A model generated the notes under the pieces. The model was not told the origin of the DNA, made no database searches, and worked only from the letters and a program-made list of their open reading frames with translations. Position numbers and translations under genes: made by a program. From assembly GCA_947458875.1 (NCBI GenBank), contig CANGZD010000003.1, positions 6,690 to 70,689 on the forward strand: a stretch of DNA of 64,000 bases. Reading direction: 5' to 3'. This document shows, piece after piece, positions 18,993-29,607 of the stretch. Origin of the DNA: Sphingobacteriaceae bacterium (lineage in GTDB: Bacteria > Bacteroidota > Bacteroidia > Sphingobacteriales > Sphingobacteriaceae). The first letter of the stretch is position 1; every line of letters starts with the position of its first letter.

Positions 18993-19574
18993 ATGATTGA
19001 TATGAAAAAATATTTGTTTATTACTTTAAGCTTGGCATTTTTGTTTTCCTGCGGTAAAAATGATACCTCATCAGCTCCAAGTGTTACACTCAAAATTGGC
19101 GATAAATACCAAGGGGGCACCATCGTTTATTTACTTAATCCGGTTAATCCCGGATATGATGAAAAAGTTCAGCATGGCATTACAGCTGCTAATGAAGATG
19201 CTGGAACAGCTGTTTGGAGTTTATGCGATGATGTTCCTAATGGTGCCGATGGAATAGAAATCGGGAAGGGAATGCAAAATACAAAAGATATATTGGCTGA
19301 TTGCCCGGATCAAAACATAGCCGCAAAACTATGCGATGATTATACTATAACTCAAAATGGTACAACTTATGATGATTGGTATTTACCAAGTAGAAACGAA
19401 TTACAAAAACTTTATGATAATAAGGCCTTAATAGGAGGTTTTGTAAATTATGAGTATTGGAGTTCAACAGAAGTGAGTATTGGTGGAGCATCAACCATTG
19501 ATTTCACGGATGGCATAACAAAAACTCAAGTAAAAACTTTACAACGCTATATTCGGCCAGTTAGGTCATTCTAA
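18993..19574 (+). CDS. DUF1566-like lipoprotein
   Basis: Lipobox LFSCGK (the start may be the MKKYLF Met at 19002). DDWYLPSRNEL and YWSSTE motifs resemble the DUF1566/Lcl C-terminal family. Confidence 0.5.
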   Translation: MIDMKKYLFITLSLAFLFSCGKNDTSSAPSVTLKIGDKYQGGTIVYLLNPVNPGYDEKVQHGITAANEDAGTAVWSLCDDVPNGADGIEIGKGMQNTKDILADCPDQNIAAKLCDDYTITQNGTTYDDWYLPSRNELQKLYDNKALIGGFVNYEYWSSTEVSIGGASTIDFTDGITKTQVKTLQRYIRPVRSF

Positions 19575-20924
19575 CAAAAGTTTTCTGCTAAAATGCTGAA
19601 AGCGCAAAAACAACAATGAGGAAGATACCAGCAAGCCCAGCGTTAAGCCATACCAAATACCGTTGGCGCCTAAACCTTGAATAATACCAAGAAAATAGGC
19701 GGCAGGCAGGCCTACCATCCAATAAGCAATAAAAGTAAAAATGGTTGGTATGTTTACATCCCCCATACCTCTCAAAATGCCCAAACCAACCACCTGGGTG
19801 CCATCGAATAATTGAAAAAAACCGGCAATGATAAGAAGTTGGGAAGCGATGCTAATTACACTTAAATCCTCAGTGTACAGATAAGGTAAATACGAATTCA
19901 ATAAGACAAATATGATTGCTGTGAAAAGCATGAAAATTAACACAATGTGATAGCTGGACATGGCCGACATACGTAATTCGGCAAAATCTTTTTTGCCGAA
20001 ATTATTACCCGTTTTGATGGCAGCTGCAGCAGATAAGCCGCTGGCCATCATATAAGTCATAGAAGCCATGTTGATGGCAACCTGGTGCGCAGCTTGTTGA
20101 GTAGCCCCCAGTGTTCCCATTAAAATGGCAGCACCGCTAAATGCACTGATCTCAAATGTATATTGGAGTGCCACTGGCGCCCCAATCTTTAAGATTTTAA
20201 GCGATCTGATCTTGGTGAAATAAGCTTTACCGAATCCAATCAGATAGTCTTTAAAGTGTTTAGATTTAAAGATGTAAACACCCATGACCACAGCCATCAA
20301 ACTCCGGTCAATTAAGGTTGATAAGCCGACTCCTTTTACACCCATGGGTGAAATGCCAAACATCCCTTTTACAAAAATGATTCCCAAAACAATGTTCAGT
20401 ATATTTCCCCAAATGGAGATATACATGGCTTGTTTGGTAAATCCCAATCCCTCGGCAAACTGTTTAAAAGTCATAAAGAACATCAAGGGGATGATGGAAA
20501 TCGATAATAAAGTCAAGAAAGGCTTGGCTTGAGCTACTACCTCTGGTGTTTGACCTAAATGATCAATTACAGATAGCGTACCAAAATAGATACCGATAAA
20601 CAACACAATTCCAGTGATTGCACTCAATACAATTCCATTAAAAAGTAATTTACCACATTCCTCTTTGTTGTTTTTGCCATTTTCCTGAGCAATCAGCGGA
20701 GTAATTCCATAAGAAATGCCAATTCCAATAACTAGGATGAGGGTAAATAAACTATTAACTAAGGAAACGGCTGCTAATGGGATGGTTCCGGCAAAATGAC
20801 CTACAATAACACTATCGGCCGTATGCACCAGCGTGTGCCCCAGTTGTGAAATCACAACCGGTATAGCCAGTTTTAAGTTGCTCTGGTAGTGAGGCTTGTA
20901 TTTTGTATAGACTTTTCTCACCAT
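19566..20924 (-). CDS. MATE-family efflux transporter
   Basis: 452 aa with about 12 predicted TM helices and a NorM-like N-terminus. Confidence 0.8.
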   Translation of the reverse strand: MVRKVYTKYKPHYQSNLKLAIPVVISQLGHTLVHTADSVIVGHFAGTIPLAAVSLVNSLFTLILVIGIGISYGITPLIAQENGKNNKEECGKLLFNGIVLSAITGIVLFIGIYFGTLSVIDHLGQTPEVVAQAKPFLTLLSISIIPLMFFMTFKQFAEGLGFTKQAMYISIWGNILNIVLGIIFVKGMFGISPMGVKGVGLSTLIDRSLMAVVMGVYIFKSKHFKDYLIGFGKAYFTKIRSLKILKIGAPVALQYTFEISAFSGAAILMGTLGATQQAAHQVAINMASMTYMMASGLSAAAAIKTGNNFGKKDFAELRMSAMSSYHIVLIFMLFTAIIFVLLNSYLPYLYTEDLSVISIASQLLIIAGFFQLFDGTQVVGLGILRGMGDVNIPTIFTFIAYWMVGLPAAYFLGIIQGLGANGIWYGLTLGLLVSSSLLFLRFQHFSRKLLLE

Positions 20925-21547
20925 CAGGAAGCTGTGTAATACTCTTCTTTTTCATTGGTATGCAGTTGAATTACACCGGTTAATACCAAGTTGACTAAAA
21001 TTCGATTGGTATTTCTGCGTGATAATTTGAACAACTGACTGTATTCTTTTGCAGTAATTCGATCATTTTCGGCCAGGTATTTCAATAAGGATTGCTCATT
21101 GGAAGTATATTTTAATAAAATTCCATCTTTGTTGGAGCTTCTTTTTAGAACATCAAGCACTACTTTACTGGCCAACACGCTTTTATCATTCACTCTAATG
21201 TAAACCCACCATTTCTTGTCTTCTGAGAGAGAATAATGAGGTTTCATGTCACTCTCTTCTATGGTCACCATCAGCACCAGCTTTTCATCCACATAAATCT
21301 CTTCAAAAACTGGATCTAACGCGGGTCGGCAATACAAATGTGCCGCTTGTGTGATCATATATTTTTCTTCCTCCTCAGATTTCACCCCGACAATTCGTCC
21401 ATCATCGGCAACCCCAATTAACAATCGACCACCACTATTATTAGCAAATGAAACCATGGTTCTTGCTATCTTTTCGCAGCTGGTGATTGTTTTTTTAAAA
21501 TCTAAACTAACACCTTCACCATTAAATATTAAATGCTTAATATTCAT
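20924..21547 (-). CDS. AlbA_2 (divergent AAA/Schlafen-like) domain protein with C-terminal winged HTH
   Basis: LDFKK..VSFANNSGGRLLIGVADDGRIVGV is typical of the AlbA_2 family. The C-terminus is wHTH-like. Its stop overlaps the MATE start (TGATG). Confidence 0.55.
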   Translation of the reverse strand: MNIKHLIFNGEGVSLDFKKTITSCEKIARTMVSFANNSGGRLLIGVADDGRIVGVKSEEEEKYMITQAAHLYCRPALDPVFEEIYVDEKLVLMVTIEESDMKPHYSLSEDKKWWVYIRVNDKSVLASKVVLDVLKRSSNKDGILLKYTSNEQSLLKYLAENDRITAKEYSQLFKLSRRNTNRILVNLVLTGVIQLHTNEKEEYYTAS

Positions 21548-21559
21548 ATACTTATAAAA

Positions 21560-22045
21560 TTAATAAGCAACGATATCTTGTTCTCCTTTGTATAAATTTC
21601 GGATATAAACTTGGTTTTGTACTTTGGCACACAACTGTCCATTTTGATCAAAAATCTCCATCGGAAAGGTTTTTACAAATTTGCCTGAATCATGCAAAGC
21701 CATTTCAGCTTCTTTGAGATCGGCTTCGGTGAGTTCAATTTTAAAAAACAAATCAGATCTACCAGGTTTAAGGTATTGTATGGAAGCGCTTTTTAGCCAT
21801 ACCCGGGTTTTTAAACCACGTCTCTGTAAAACCTGATCGAACAGGATAGCAAAAAAAGGATCGGAAGCAGCGAAGATGGTGCCGCCAAAAATGGATCTGT
21901 TATAATTTCGGTTTAGAAAACTGTGACTTATTTTAACTTCTACCCCTAAAAAATTCTTTTCAAATCGTTTTACCCAAATTCTTTGGAAAAATAAAGGAGG
22001 ATAAAAGCGCATCGCCCATTTAAGGGTATTTTCTGAAACTAACAT
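21560..22045 (-). CDS. hotdog-fold thioesterase-like protein (DUF4442-like)
   Basis: 161 aa. The assignment rests on overall resemblance only. Confidence 0.35.
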   Translation of the reverse strand: MLVSENTLKWAMRFYPPLFFQRIWVKRFEKNFLGVEVKISHSFLNRNYNRSIFGGTIFAASDPFFAILFDQVLQRRGLKTRVWLKSASIQYLKPGRSDLFFKIELTEADLKEAEMALHDSGKFVKTFPMEIFDQNGQLCAKVQNQVYIRNLYKGEQDIVAY

Positions 22046-22087
22046 GATGGACTAATATCTGAAAAAACAGTGGATGATTGTAAACAA

Positions 22088-23269
22088 TTACCACATTAAA
22101 TTCAGTATTGCTTCATGATCTTCTTCTGTGAGTTTGTAAACCTGGCCATTAACCTTATTCAATATAAAATTATCTAAAATGGCAGTCTTAGATGAAGGGC
22201 CAATGTTAACTTCATTTAAGCGAATAGGCGTATTAATTTGCTGATAGAAATGTTCTAAATGATAGATAAATGCCTTGGCATCATCTATTTCATTGTCAGT
22301 ATCAATGTCAAATACCTGCTTGGCTAAAAAAGCGAGTTTAGTAGCGATTTTATCCTGATGATATTTCAACCATGCCGGAAAAACTATGGATAAACCAGCT
22401 CCATGAGCAATATCGAATAATACACTTAAAGAATGTTCAAAACCATGGCAAGCCCAGTCTCCTGAATTTTTACCTGCTGTTAAAGAACCATTGAGTGCAT
22501 TGGTAGCTAACCACATGATATTTGCCCTTGTGTCATAATCTTCCGGCTGATCTTTAACCTTTAAACCGTATGTAATCGCCAAACGAATAACTGCTGCCGT
22601 ATGCAAATCGGTTAAAGGGGCATTACCGCTACCGAAAAATTGCTCTAAACAGTGTGCAATTAAATCAGAAACGCCATAAGCAGTATAATCTGCAGGCACG
22701 GTAGTGGTGAAAGAAGGATCGAGATAAGAAACCTTGGGGTGAAGTAAAGGGTGTCCATATCCTCTTTTAGATCCATTTTCGGTGTCTTGCAACACAGTAA
22801 ATGGATTCATTTCGGTGCCGGTGGCAGCCAAAGTTAGGATAGTGATGATGGGCAGCGCTCTTTCAGGTTTTGATTTTTGTAAATAGAAATCCCAAGTGGA
22901 ATGATCAACGTAAAAACCCATAGCAACGGCTTTAGCCGTATCAATTACAGATCCGCCACCCAAAGCGATCACCATATCGGCATTAAAAGATTTCGCTTGT
23001 GTAACCGCAGCATCAGCATCCTGATAAATTGGATTCGATTTAATACCTTCATAAGTACGATGCTCAATTCCGCAAATATTAAGTAGGGAAACCAATCGAG
23101 CATAAAGGCCGCTTTTTTTCACGGAATCCTTGCCAATTAAGATTAATGCTTTATTCCCGTATGGACTAATTTCATCACATATTTGGTCAATAACATTTCT
23201 TCCAAATATGACTTTGGTGGGGTTATAACGAATAAAGTTTTGCATTAAAAGCGGTGTGTTTACCTGCAA
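22088..23269 (-). CDS. iron-containing alcohol dehydrogenase
   Basis: GGGSVIDTAK dinucleotide motif and a His-rich metal site (..HGFEH..); YqhD/BdhA-like. Confidence 0.8.
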   Translation of the reverse strand: MQVNTPLLMQNFIRYNPTKVIFGRNVIDQICDEISPYGNKALILIGKDSVKKSGLYARLVSLLNICGIEHRTYEGIKSNPIYQDADAAVTQAKSFNADMVIALGGGSVIDTAKAVAMGFYVDHSTWDFYLQKSKPERALPIITILTLAATGTEMNPFTVLQDTENGSKRGYGHPLLHPKVSYLDPSFTTTVPADYTAYGVSDLIAHCLEQFFGSGNAPLTDLHTAAVIRLAITYGLKVKDQPEDYDTRANIMWLATNALNGSLTAGKNSGDWACHGFEHSLSVLFDIAHGAGLSIVFPAWLKYHQDKIATKLAFLAKQVFDIDTDNEIDDAKAFIYHLEHFYQQINTPIRLNEVNIGPSSKTAILDNFILNKVNGQVYKLTEEDHEAILNLMW

Positions 23270-23388
23270 TATACTCTAAATTAATCTATTATGCTAAGGG
23301 TTGAATAAATAATTTGTTAAGAGATGACCAAGATTTGATTTTTTGCCAAGTGTTCATCATGTTTGTAAGCTAACTTAAATTAAAGCTC

Positions 23389-24630
23389 ATGAGCAATAAG
23401 CCTTCTTCGAAAAACATTCCTTTATTAATCATTGTGGCCGCTTTGGGCTATTTCGTAGATATTTATGATTTACTGCTTTTTTTGATTGTTAAAAACAAAA
23501 GTTTAATGGATCTAGGTGTCAGTTCAGCTAATTTAACCGAAACCGGACTGAGTTTGGTCAACTGGCAAATGGCTGGTTTGTTGAGCGGTGGTATTCTTTG
23601 GGGAATTTTAGGTGATAAGAAGGGTCGTCTCCAAGTCCTTTTTGGATCTATTTTGATGTATTCCATGGCAAATATTGCAAACGGAGCCATACAAGATATT
23701 AGCTGGTATGCTCCGTTAAGATTTATTGCAGGCGTGGGATTGGCAGGGGAGTTGGGTGCCGGAATTACCCTGATTAGCGAGAGTATGAGTAAAGAAAATC
23801 GTGGTTATGGCAGCATGATTGTAGCGGGAGTGGGTTTAATGGGCGCTGTAGCAGCTTATTTTGTAGGGGCCAGCTTTGATTGGAGAATAGCTTATTACGT
23901 TGGAGGAATTTTAGGATTGTTATTATTGGCATTGAGAATTGGGGTCCTTGAATCGGGCATGTTCGCTAAAATTAAAGACAAAGGGCTCAAACGTGGTGAG
24001 TTTTTTATGCTATTCAATCAAAAAAATCGCTTTAAAAAATACATATACAGTATCTTAATTGCAGTTCCTGTATGGTTTGTGGTGGGTATATTGGTGAATA
24101 TTGCCCCAGATTTTGCCGTTCCACTCGGAATAAAAGAACCCATTGATTCAGGAAAAGGGATCATGTTTACTTATGTGGGAATTGCCTTCGGAGATTTCTT
24201 AACCGGTGGACTCAGTCAGCTTTTTAAAACTCGTAAAAAGATAGTTTTTGTGTTTTTGAGTTTGACTTACGCAGGTATTTTGTTTTTTTTACTTTCAACC
24301 GGACTAACCGCCAATGGGTTTTATGCTTTGTGCGTATATTTTGGTATAGCTACCGGTTATTGGGTTGTATTCGTAACAATGGCCTCAGAAGCATTTGGAA
24401 CAAATTTGAGGGCAACGGTTACCACAACGGTTCCTAACTTTGTAAGAGGATCATTGATTCTTGTGAGTGCGCTATTTACCTATTTAAAACCAGAGATGGG
24501 CATTGTAAACGCTGCATTATTGGTGGGTACATTAACTGTTTTTGTAGCGTTTTGGGCGCTGTGGAACCTGGAAGAAACCTATGGCAAAGATCTCGATTAC
24601 GTAGAGAGTAGTGGTGGTACCGGTCTTTAA
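23389..24630 (+). CDS. MFS transporter
   Basis: 413 aa with about 12 TM helices and a GDKKGR loop motif between TM2 and TM3. Confidence 0.75.
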   Translation: MSNKPSSKNIPLLIIVAALGYFVDIYDLLLFLIVKNKSLMDLGVSSANLTETGLSLVNWQMAGLLSGGILWGILGDKKGRLQVLFGSILMYSMANIANGAIQDISWYAPLRFIAGVGLAGELGAGITLISESMSKENRGYGSMIVAGVGLMGAVAAYFVGASFDWRIAYYVGGILGLLLLALRIGVLESGMFAKIKDKGLKRGEFFMLFNQKNRFKKYIYSILIAVPVWFVVGILVNIAPDFAVPLGIKEPIDSGKGIMFTYVGIAFGDFLTGGLSQLFKTRKKIVFVFLSLTYAGILFFLLSTGLTANGFYALCVYFGIATGYWVVFVTMASEAFGTNLRATVTTTVPNFVRGSLILVSALFTYLKPEMGIVNAALLVGTLTVFVAFWALWNLEETYGKDLDYVESSGGTGL

Positions 24631-24696
24631 AATCATCAGAGTGTCTTAAATACGTTCAAATCTTTAATCTTTAGAAGAAAAAAGCCATTTTTGAAT

Positions 24697-25593
24697 ATGA
24701 TTAGTAAGGAGCAGATCGCCCAAGATTATCGCCAAATACAAGATGAAATTTGTGCCGGTTTAGAAAATTTAGACGGACTTGCCAAGTTTCAACAAGAAAT
24801 TTGGGAGCGTGAGGGTGGCGGAGGTGGGCGTACCCGTGTCATTCAACAAGGTAACATACTCGAAAAAGGAGGGGTCAACTTTTCGGCGGTCGAAGGTAAA
24901 CTACCCGAACCGGTAAAGAAAGCTTTTAAGGTAGATGCAGATGATTTCTTCGCGACAGGCGTTTCCATTGTGATCCACCCCAATCATCCCTGGGTGCCTA
25001 TCATTCACATGAATATCCGTTATTTCGAGATGAATGAAGAGGTAAGATGGTTTGGAGGAGGAATTGATTTGACACCTCATTATGTAATACCGGAAGATGC
25101 CAATTACTTTCATCAATCCTTGAAAAATGTTTGCGACCGTTTCCATCCTGATTTTTATCAGCGATTTAAACACTGGGCTGATGAATATTTTTTCATTAAA
25201 CATCGCCAGGAGACCAGGGGAGTGGGTGGCGTGTTTTACGACCGATTGAATCCAGATAGTGCAGGTATCTCCTGGGAAGCGATCTTCAATTTCTCCAAAG
25301 ATTTAGGTCGTTCTTTTGTGCCAATCTATTCAGAAATTGTAAATCGTAACAGAGATAAATCTTTTACCCAAAGAGAAAAAGATTGGCAATATCAGCGCAG
25401 AAGTCGATATGCCGAATTTAACTTGGTTTATGATGCAGGAACAAAATTCGGTTTGGAAACCAACGGACGCATAGAATCTATCCTCATGAGTTTACCTCCA
25501 CAAGCAAATTGGGTATACAATTTTAAGCCTGAAGCCGATAGTTTAGAAGAAAGTACGTTAAACTTTTTAAAAATGGGTATTAACTGGGTTTAA
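24697..25593 (+). CDS. hemF: oxygen-dependent coproporphyrinogen III oxidase
   Basis: HemF family sequence (..RTRV..GGVNFS..HPNHPWVP..RYFE..). I use the ATG at 24697; the track ORF starts at a TTG at 24691. Confidence 0.85.
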   Translation: MISKEQIAQDYRQIQDEICAGLENLDGLAKFQQEIWEREGGGGGRTRVIQQGNILEKGGVNFSAVEGKLPEPVKKAFKVDADDFFATGVSIVIHPNHPWVPIIHMNIRYFEMNEEVRWFGGGIDLTPHYVIPEDANYFHQSLKNVCDRFHPDFYQRFKHWADEYFFIKHRQETRGVGGVFYDRLNPDSAGISWEAIFNFSKDLGRSFVPIYSEIVNRNRDKSFTQREKDWQYQRRSRYAEFNLVYDAGTKFGLETNGRIESILMSLPPQANWVYNFKPEADSLEESTLNFLKMGINWV

Positions 25594-25734
25594 ACTCTGT
25601 TTTTAAAGAATTTTCAAAGCAGGAAAACTTTTCCACATCACACTTCTTAACACATTCATTTTATTAACTTCGCAATTGCTGTAAAGCATATTAATTCATA
25701 GCATTACAATTTATTTGCAGAACCTTATCTAAGC

Positions 25735-28293
25735 ATGGCTGAAGAAACAGTAAATGGAAATTTAGACCCGAATACCGGCCGGATTATTCCCATCAATATA
25801 GAAGAAGAAATGAAATCTGCCTACATCGATTATTCGATGTCGGTAATTGTTTCAAGAGCTTTACCTGACGTGCGTGACGGCTTAAAACCTGTTCACAGAC
25901 GTGTATTGTTCGGTATGCTCGATTTGGGCGTAACCAGCAATAAACCTTATAAAAAATCGGCACGTATCGTCGGTGACGTATTGGGTAAGTACCACCCGCA
26001 CGGCGATGCCTCTGTTTACGATACCATGGTGCGTATGGCCCAGGATTGGAGCTTACGTTATCCAATGGTAGATGGGCAAGGAAACTTTGGTTCTATTGAT
26101 GGTGACAGCCCTGCAGCCATGCGTTATACCGAAGCCAGATTGAAAAAGATAGCAGAGGAGATGCTGGCTGACATCAATAAGGATACCATTGATTTTCAGT
26201 TGAATTTTGATGATTCCCTAGAAGAGCCAACTGTTCTTCCTACCAAAATCCCTAATTTATTGGTAAATGGTGCCTCCGGTATTGCCGTTGGTATGGCCAC
26301 CAACATGGCTCCTCATAACCTTACTGAAGTAGTGGATGCTACCATTGCCTACATCAATGATAACGATATACAAGTTTCAGGCTTGATGCAGTACATCAAA
26401 GCTCCTGATTTCCCAACTGGTGGTATCATTTACGGCTATGCGGGTGTACAAGAAGCATTCGAGACGGGAAGAGGTAGAATTGTAATGCGTGCAAAGGCCG
26501 AAATTGAAACTTATGGCAATGATCGTGAACGCATCATTGTGACTGAAATTCCATATCAGATCAATAAAGCCAACATGATTGAGCGTACAGCTGAGTTGGT
26601 GAACGAGAAAAAATTAGAAGGCATTTCCGAAATCAGGGATGAGTCGGACCGTGAAGGAATGCGCATTGTGTACGAAATTAAACGTGATGCGAATGCTTCC
26701 ATTGTTTTAAACAATTTATATAAATACACTGCGCTACAAACTTCATTTTCGGTTAATAACATCGCCTTGGTAAATGGCCGTCCGATGTTATTGAATTTGA
26801 GAGATCTCATTAAATACTTCGTAGAACACCGTCATGAAGTGGTGATCCGCAGAACCAAATTTGAATTAGCCGAAGCTCAGAAACGTGCCCATATTTTAGA
26901 AGGATTATTGATCGCATTGGATCATCTGGATGAGGTGATCAAATTAATCCGCAGTTCTGATACACCTGAAGATGCCCGCACCGGTTTGATGGAGAAATTC
27001 GGTTTGTCAGACATCCAAGCACGTGCCATTTTGGATATGACTTTACGTCGTTTAACCGGACTGGAGCGTGATAAGATCAAAGAAGAATATGCAGAACTGA
27101 TGAAAACCATTGAATACTTGCAATCTGTATTGGCAGATGAAGGCTTAAGAATGGATATCATTAAAGGTGAATTGCTGGAGGTGAAAGATAAATACGGCGA
27201 TGAGCGTAAATCGAGCATTGTGCATTCAGCAGAAGACCTGCGTATGGAAGATTTCATCGCTGATGAAGATGTGGTAATCACCATCTCTCACGAAGGTTAC
27301 ATCAAAAGAACCCCTTTAACAGAGTATCGCAGACAGGGAAGGGGTGGAAAAGGAGCAATAGGTTCACAATCGCGTGATGAAGACTTTATTGAGCATATCA
27401 TTACGGCTTCTGCTCACAACTACATGTTATTATTTACCGAGGCCGGACGCTGTTTCTGGCTGAGGGCATTTGAGATTCCTGAAGGAACTCGTACTTCGAA
27501 GGGAAGAGCCATTCAGAACATCATCAATATTCCTAAAGAAGAAAAAATTAAGGCATTCATCAAGGTAACCAATCTGAAAGATCAGGAATACCTCGAGAAT
27601 AACTTCATCATCATGTGTACCAAGAAAGGTACCATTAAGAAAACTTCTCTCGAAGCTTACTCCAGACCACGAGCAAATGGTATCAATGCCATCAATATCA
27701 ATGAAGGCGACCAGTTGTTAGAAGCATGTTTAACGAATGGAGAAAGCGAAATTTTGATGGCATTACGTTCCGGAAGAGCGATCAGGTTCAATGAATCTAC
27801 CGTTAGACCGATGGGACGTACTGCTACGGGAGTTCGAGGCATCAGTTTAGCACATGCCAAAGATGAAGTGATCGGAATGATTGCCGTAAACAATCCGGAG
27901 GTAACCGTGTTGGTAGTTTCAGAAAAAGGATACGGAAAACGTACTGATATTGAAGATTATCGCGTTACTAATCGTGGTGGTAAAGGTGTTAAGACCATTA
28001 ATATTACCGATAAGACCGGAGAATTGGTAGCTATAAAGGATGTGACAGATCAGGATGATTTAATGATCATCAATAAATCGGGCATTGTGATCAGGATTGG
28101 TGTGGGAGATTTGAGAGTGATGGGCCGTGCCACCCAGGGTGTGCGGTTAATTACCTTGAAAGAAGAAGATGCAATCGCATCCATCGCCAAGGTTGATCAT
28201 GAAGACGAGGAAGAAGAAATGGTAAACAATACCGAATCATCCGAAACAAATGATGAAACTAGCGGAGAGGGAGCAGATACAACAATAGAATAA
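25735..28293 (+). CDS. gyrA: DNA gyrase subunit A
   Basis: [10 protein letters not shown] active-site Tyr, QRDR region [10 protein letters not shown], a beta-pinwheel C-terminal domain and an acidic tail. Confidence 0.95.
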   Translation: MAEETVNGNLDPNTGRIIPINIEEEMKSAYIDYSMSVIVSRALPDVRDGLKPVHRRVLFGMLDLGVTSNKPYKKSARIVGDVLGKYHPHGDASVYDTMVRMAQDWSLRYPMVDGQGNFGSIDGDSPAAMRYTEARLKKIAEEMLADINKDTIDFQLNFDDSLEEPTVLPTKIPNLLVNGASGIAVGMATNMAPHNLTEVVDATIAYINDNDIQVSGLMQYIKAPDFPTGGIIYGYAGVQEAFETGRGRIVMRAKAEIETYGNDRERIIVTEIPYQINKANMIERTAELVNEKKLEGISEIRDESDREGMRIVYEIKRDANASIVLNNLYKYTALQTSFSVNNIALVNGRPMLLNLRDLIKYFVEHRHEVVIRRTKFELAEAQKRAHILEGLLIALDHLDEVIKLIRSSDTPEDARTGLMEKFGLSDIQARAILDMTLRRLTGLERDKIKEEYAELMKTIEYLQSVLADEGLRMDIIKGELLEVKDKYGDERKSSIVHSAEDLRMEDFIADEDVVITISHEGYIKRTPLTEYRRQGRGGKGAIGSQSRDEDFIEHIITASAHNYMLLFTEAGRCFWLRAFEIPEGTRTSKGRAIQNIINIPKEEKIKAFIKVTNLKDQEYLENNFIIMCTKKGTIKKTSLEAYSRPRANGINAININEGDQLLEACLTNGESEILMALRSGRAIRFNESTVRPMGRTATGVRGISLAHAKDEVIGMIAVNNPEVTVLVVSEKGYGKRTDIEDYRVTNRGGKGVKTINITDKTGELVAIKDVTDQDDLMIINKSGIVIRIGVGDLRVMGRATQGVRLITLKEEDAIASIAKVDHEDEEEEMVNNTESSETNDETSGEGADTTIE

Positions 28294-28313
28294 TCAATAA
28301 TAAACCATAAATC

Positions 28314-29489
28314 ATGAAAATTAAATCATTTTTTACATTTATTGCCTTTTTGGCTATTCAGACATCAGTTTTAGCTCAAAAAGGAGAGTTAAATGGTGCT
28401 AAAACGAATTATGAAAAGTACGTGCAATTGAAAGATGCGGGTACAGCGTCTTTGGGTTTAATCAGTTTAAATTCGGCCAAACTTTCCATTGAAAAAGCAA
28501 GTACGAATGAAAAAACGATGAATTTGCCGGAGGTTTGGGTGTATAAAGCTATGATCTTAGGTGATTTAGCACTTACAGACACCGTATCATTGAGCGCTGA
28601 TAAAACTTTTTCAGAAGCTAAAGCGGCTTTTCAAAAGTCAATAGAACTGGATAAGGAAGGTCAGAACAAAGGTAATTTAGAACGTGCCAGTAATTTATTT
28701 GCACAATATGAGTTAAACAAAGGGGTAAAGGCCTACCAAGAAAAAAACTATGCAGCAGCTTTTAATGGCTTTAACAATGCATTGGTTCATAAATCCGGAG
28801 ACACTACCTTAACTTATTATGCAGGTTTGGCTGCCATTAATTCACAGAATTATGCAGGTGCCATAGAAAAATACAATGTCCTGTTGCAAACTAATTTCTC
28901 AGCAAATAAAGAAATCGCTTTAGACTTATCCAGAATTTATGCCTTACAAAAGGATACTGTTAATGCTATCAAGGTTGCTGGTGAGTTTGGTTCTAAATTT
29001 AATGATGTAGCATTGGCTACTCAAGAGATTGAATTAAGTTTGATGAGCGGAAAAGGCAACCAAATCATTTCTAAAATTAGCCAACAAGCAGAGAAAGATC
29101 CAAAAAATAAAACCTACCAGTTTTATCTAGGTATTGCCTATACTGCATCGAAGGACTACAAGCAAGCTGAAGCAGCCTACGTTAAAGCATTGGATATTGA
29201 TCCTAAATATGAGGATGCCTTGCTTAATTTATCAAGTACCATCTTGAACCAGGGTATTGATACCTATAATGCAGCTAACAAATTACCTGCTAACAAGCAA
29301 AAGGAGTATGAGGCAGGTTTAAAGTCAGCTAATGTGCAGTTTGACCGTGCTTTACCATTCTTACAACGCGTTGTTGAAGTCAATCCTAAGTCAGTAAGTG
29401 GTTGGGAAAACTTAAAAACTTATTATTTAGTTAAGCGCAACCAAGCTAAAGTAGATGAAATTAATAAAACGCTTTCATCCATAAGATAG
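28314..29489 (+). CDS. TPR-repeat secreted protein
   Basis: Signal peptide plus repeated TPR-like A..Y..AL motifs. Starts 20 nt after gyrA, so it is probably co-transcribed. Confidence 0.65.
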   Translation: MKIKSFFTFIAFLAIQTSVLAQKGELNGAKTNYEKYVQLKDAGTASLGLISLNSAKLSIEKASTNEKTMNLPEVWVYKAMILGDLALTDTVSLSADKTFSEAKAAFQKSIELDKEGQNKGNLERASNLFAQYELNKGVKAYQEKNYAAAFNGFNNALVHKSGDTTLTYYAGLAAINSQNYAGAIEKYNVLLQTNFSANKEIALDLSRIYALQKDTVNAIKVAGEFGSKFNDVALATQEIELSLMSGKGNQIISKISQQAEKDPKNKTYQFYLGIAYTASKDYKQAEAAYVKALDIDPKYEDALLNLSSTILNQGIDTYNAANKLPANKQKEYEAGLKSANVQFDRALPFLQRVVEVNPKSVSGWENLKTYYLVKRNQAKVDEINKTLSSIR

Positions 29490-29514
29490 TCGACTCGCTT
29501 TATAGTGTAAGAGG

Positions 29515-29540
29515 AGCCCTGATAAATTATCGGGGCTTTT
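29515..29540 (+). terminator. rho-independent terminator
   Basis: agccctgat-aaatt-atcggggct hairpin (9 bp including one G-U pair) followed by a T-run, 25 nt after the stop at 29489. Confidence 0.6.
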
Positions 29541-29556
29541 CTATTTATAATTATCT

Positions 29557-29584
29557 ATTTAACATAATATTAATTATACAACAA
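29557..29584 (-). other. dif: candidate dif site (XerC/XerD chromosome-dimer resolution site)
   Basis: The minus strand reads TTGTTGTATAA-TTAATA-TTATGTTAAAT. The 11-nt right arm is identical to the E. coli dif XerD arm, the spacer is 6 nt, and the inner ATAA of the left arm is conserved. The site is in a non-coding AT-rich spacer. Confidence 0.45.
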
Positions 29585-29607
29585 TAATGTTATATCCTAT
29601 ATTTGGA

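Noticed and set aside
20924-21547. AlbA_2/Schlafen-like gene as a phage-defence gene.
   Set aside because: It is a small two-domain protein with no nuclease, ATPase or partner defence genes, and it sits in a metabolic and efflux context. A regulatory role is more parsimonious.
24283-24290. T8 homopolymer inside the MFS transporter gene (also A8 in scoA near 766-773 and T9 at 33805-33813) as a phase-variation tract.
   Set aside because: The tracts are short and encode ordinary Phe or Lys runs, or lie in an A-rich leader. There is no evidence of frameshifted copies.
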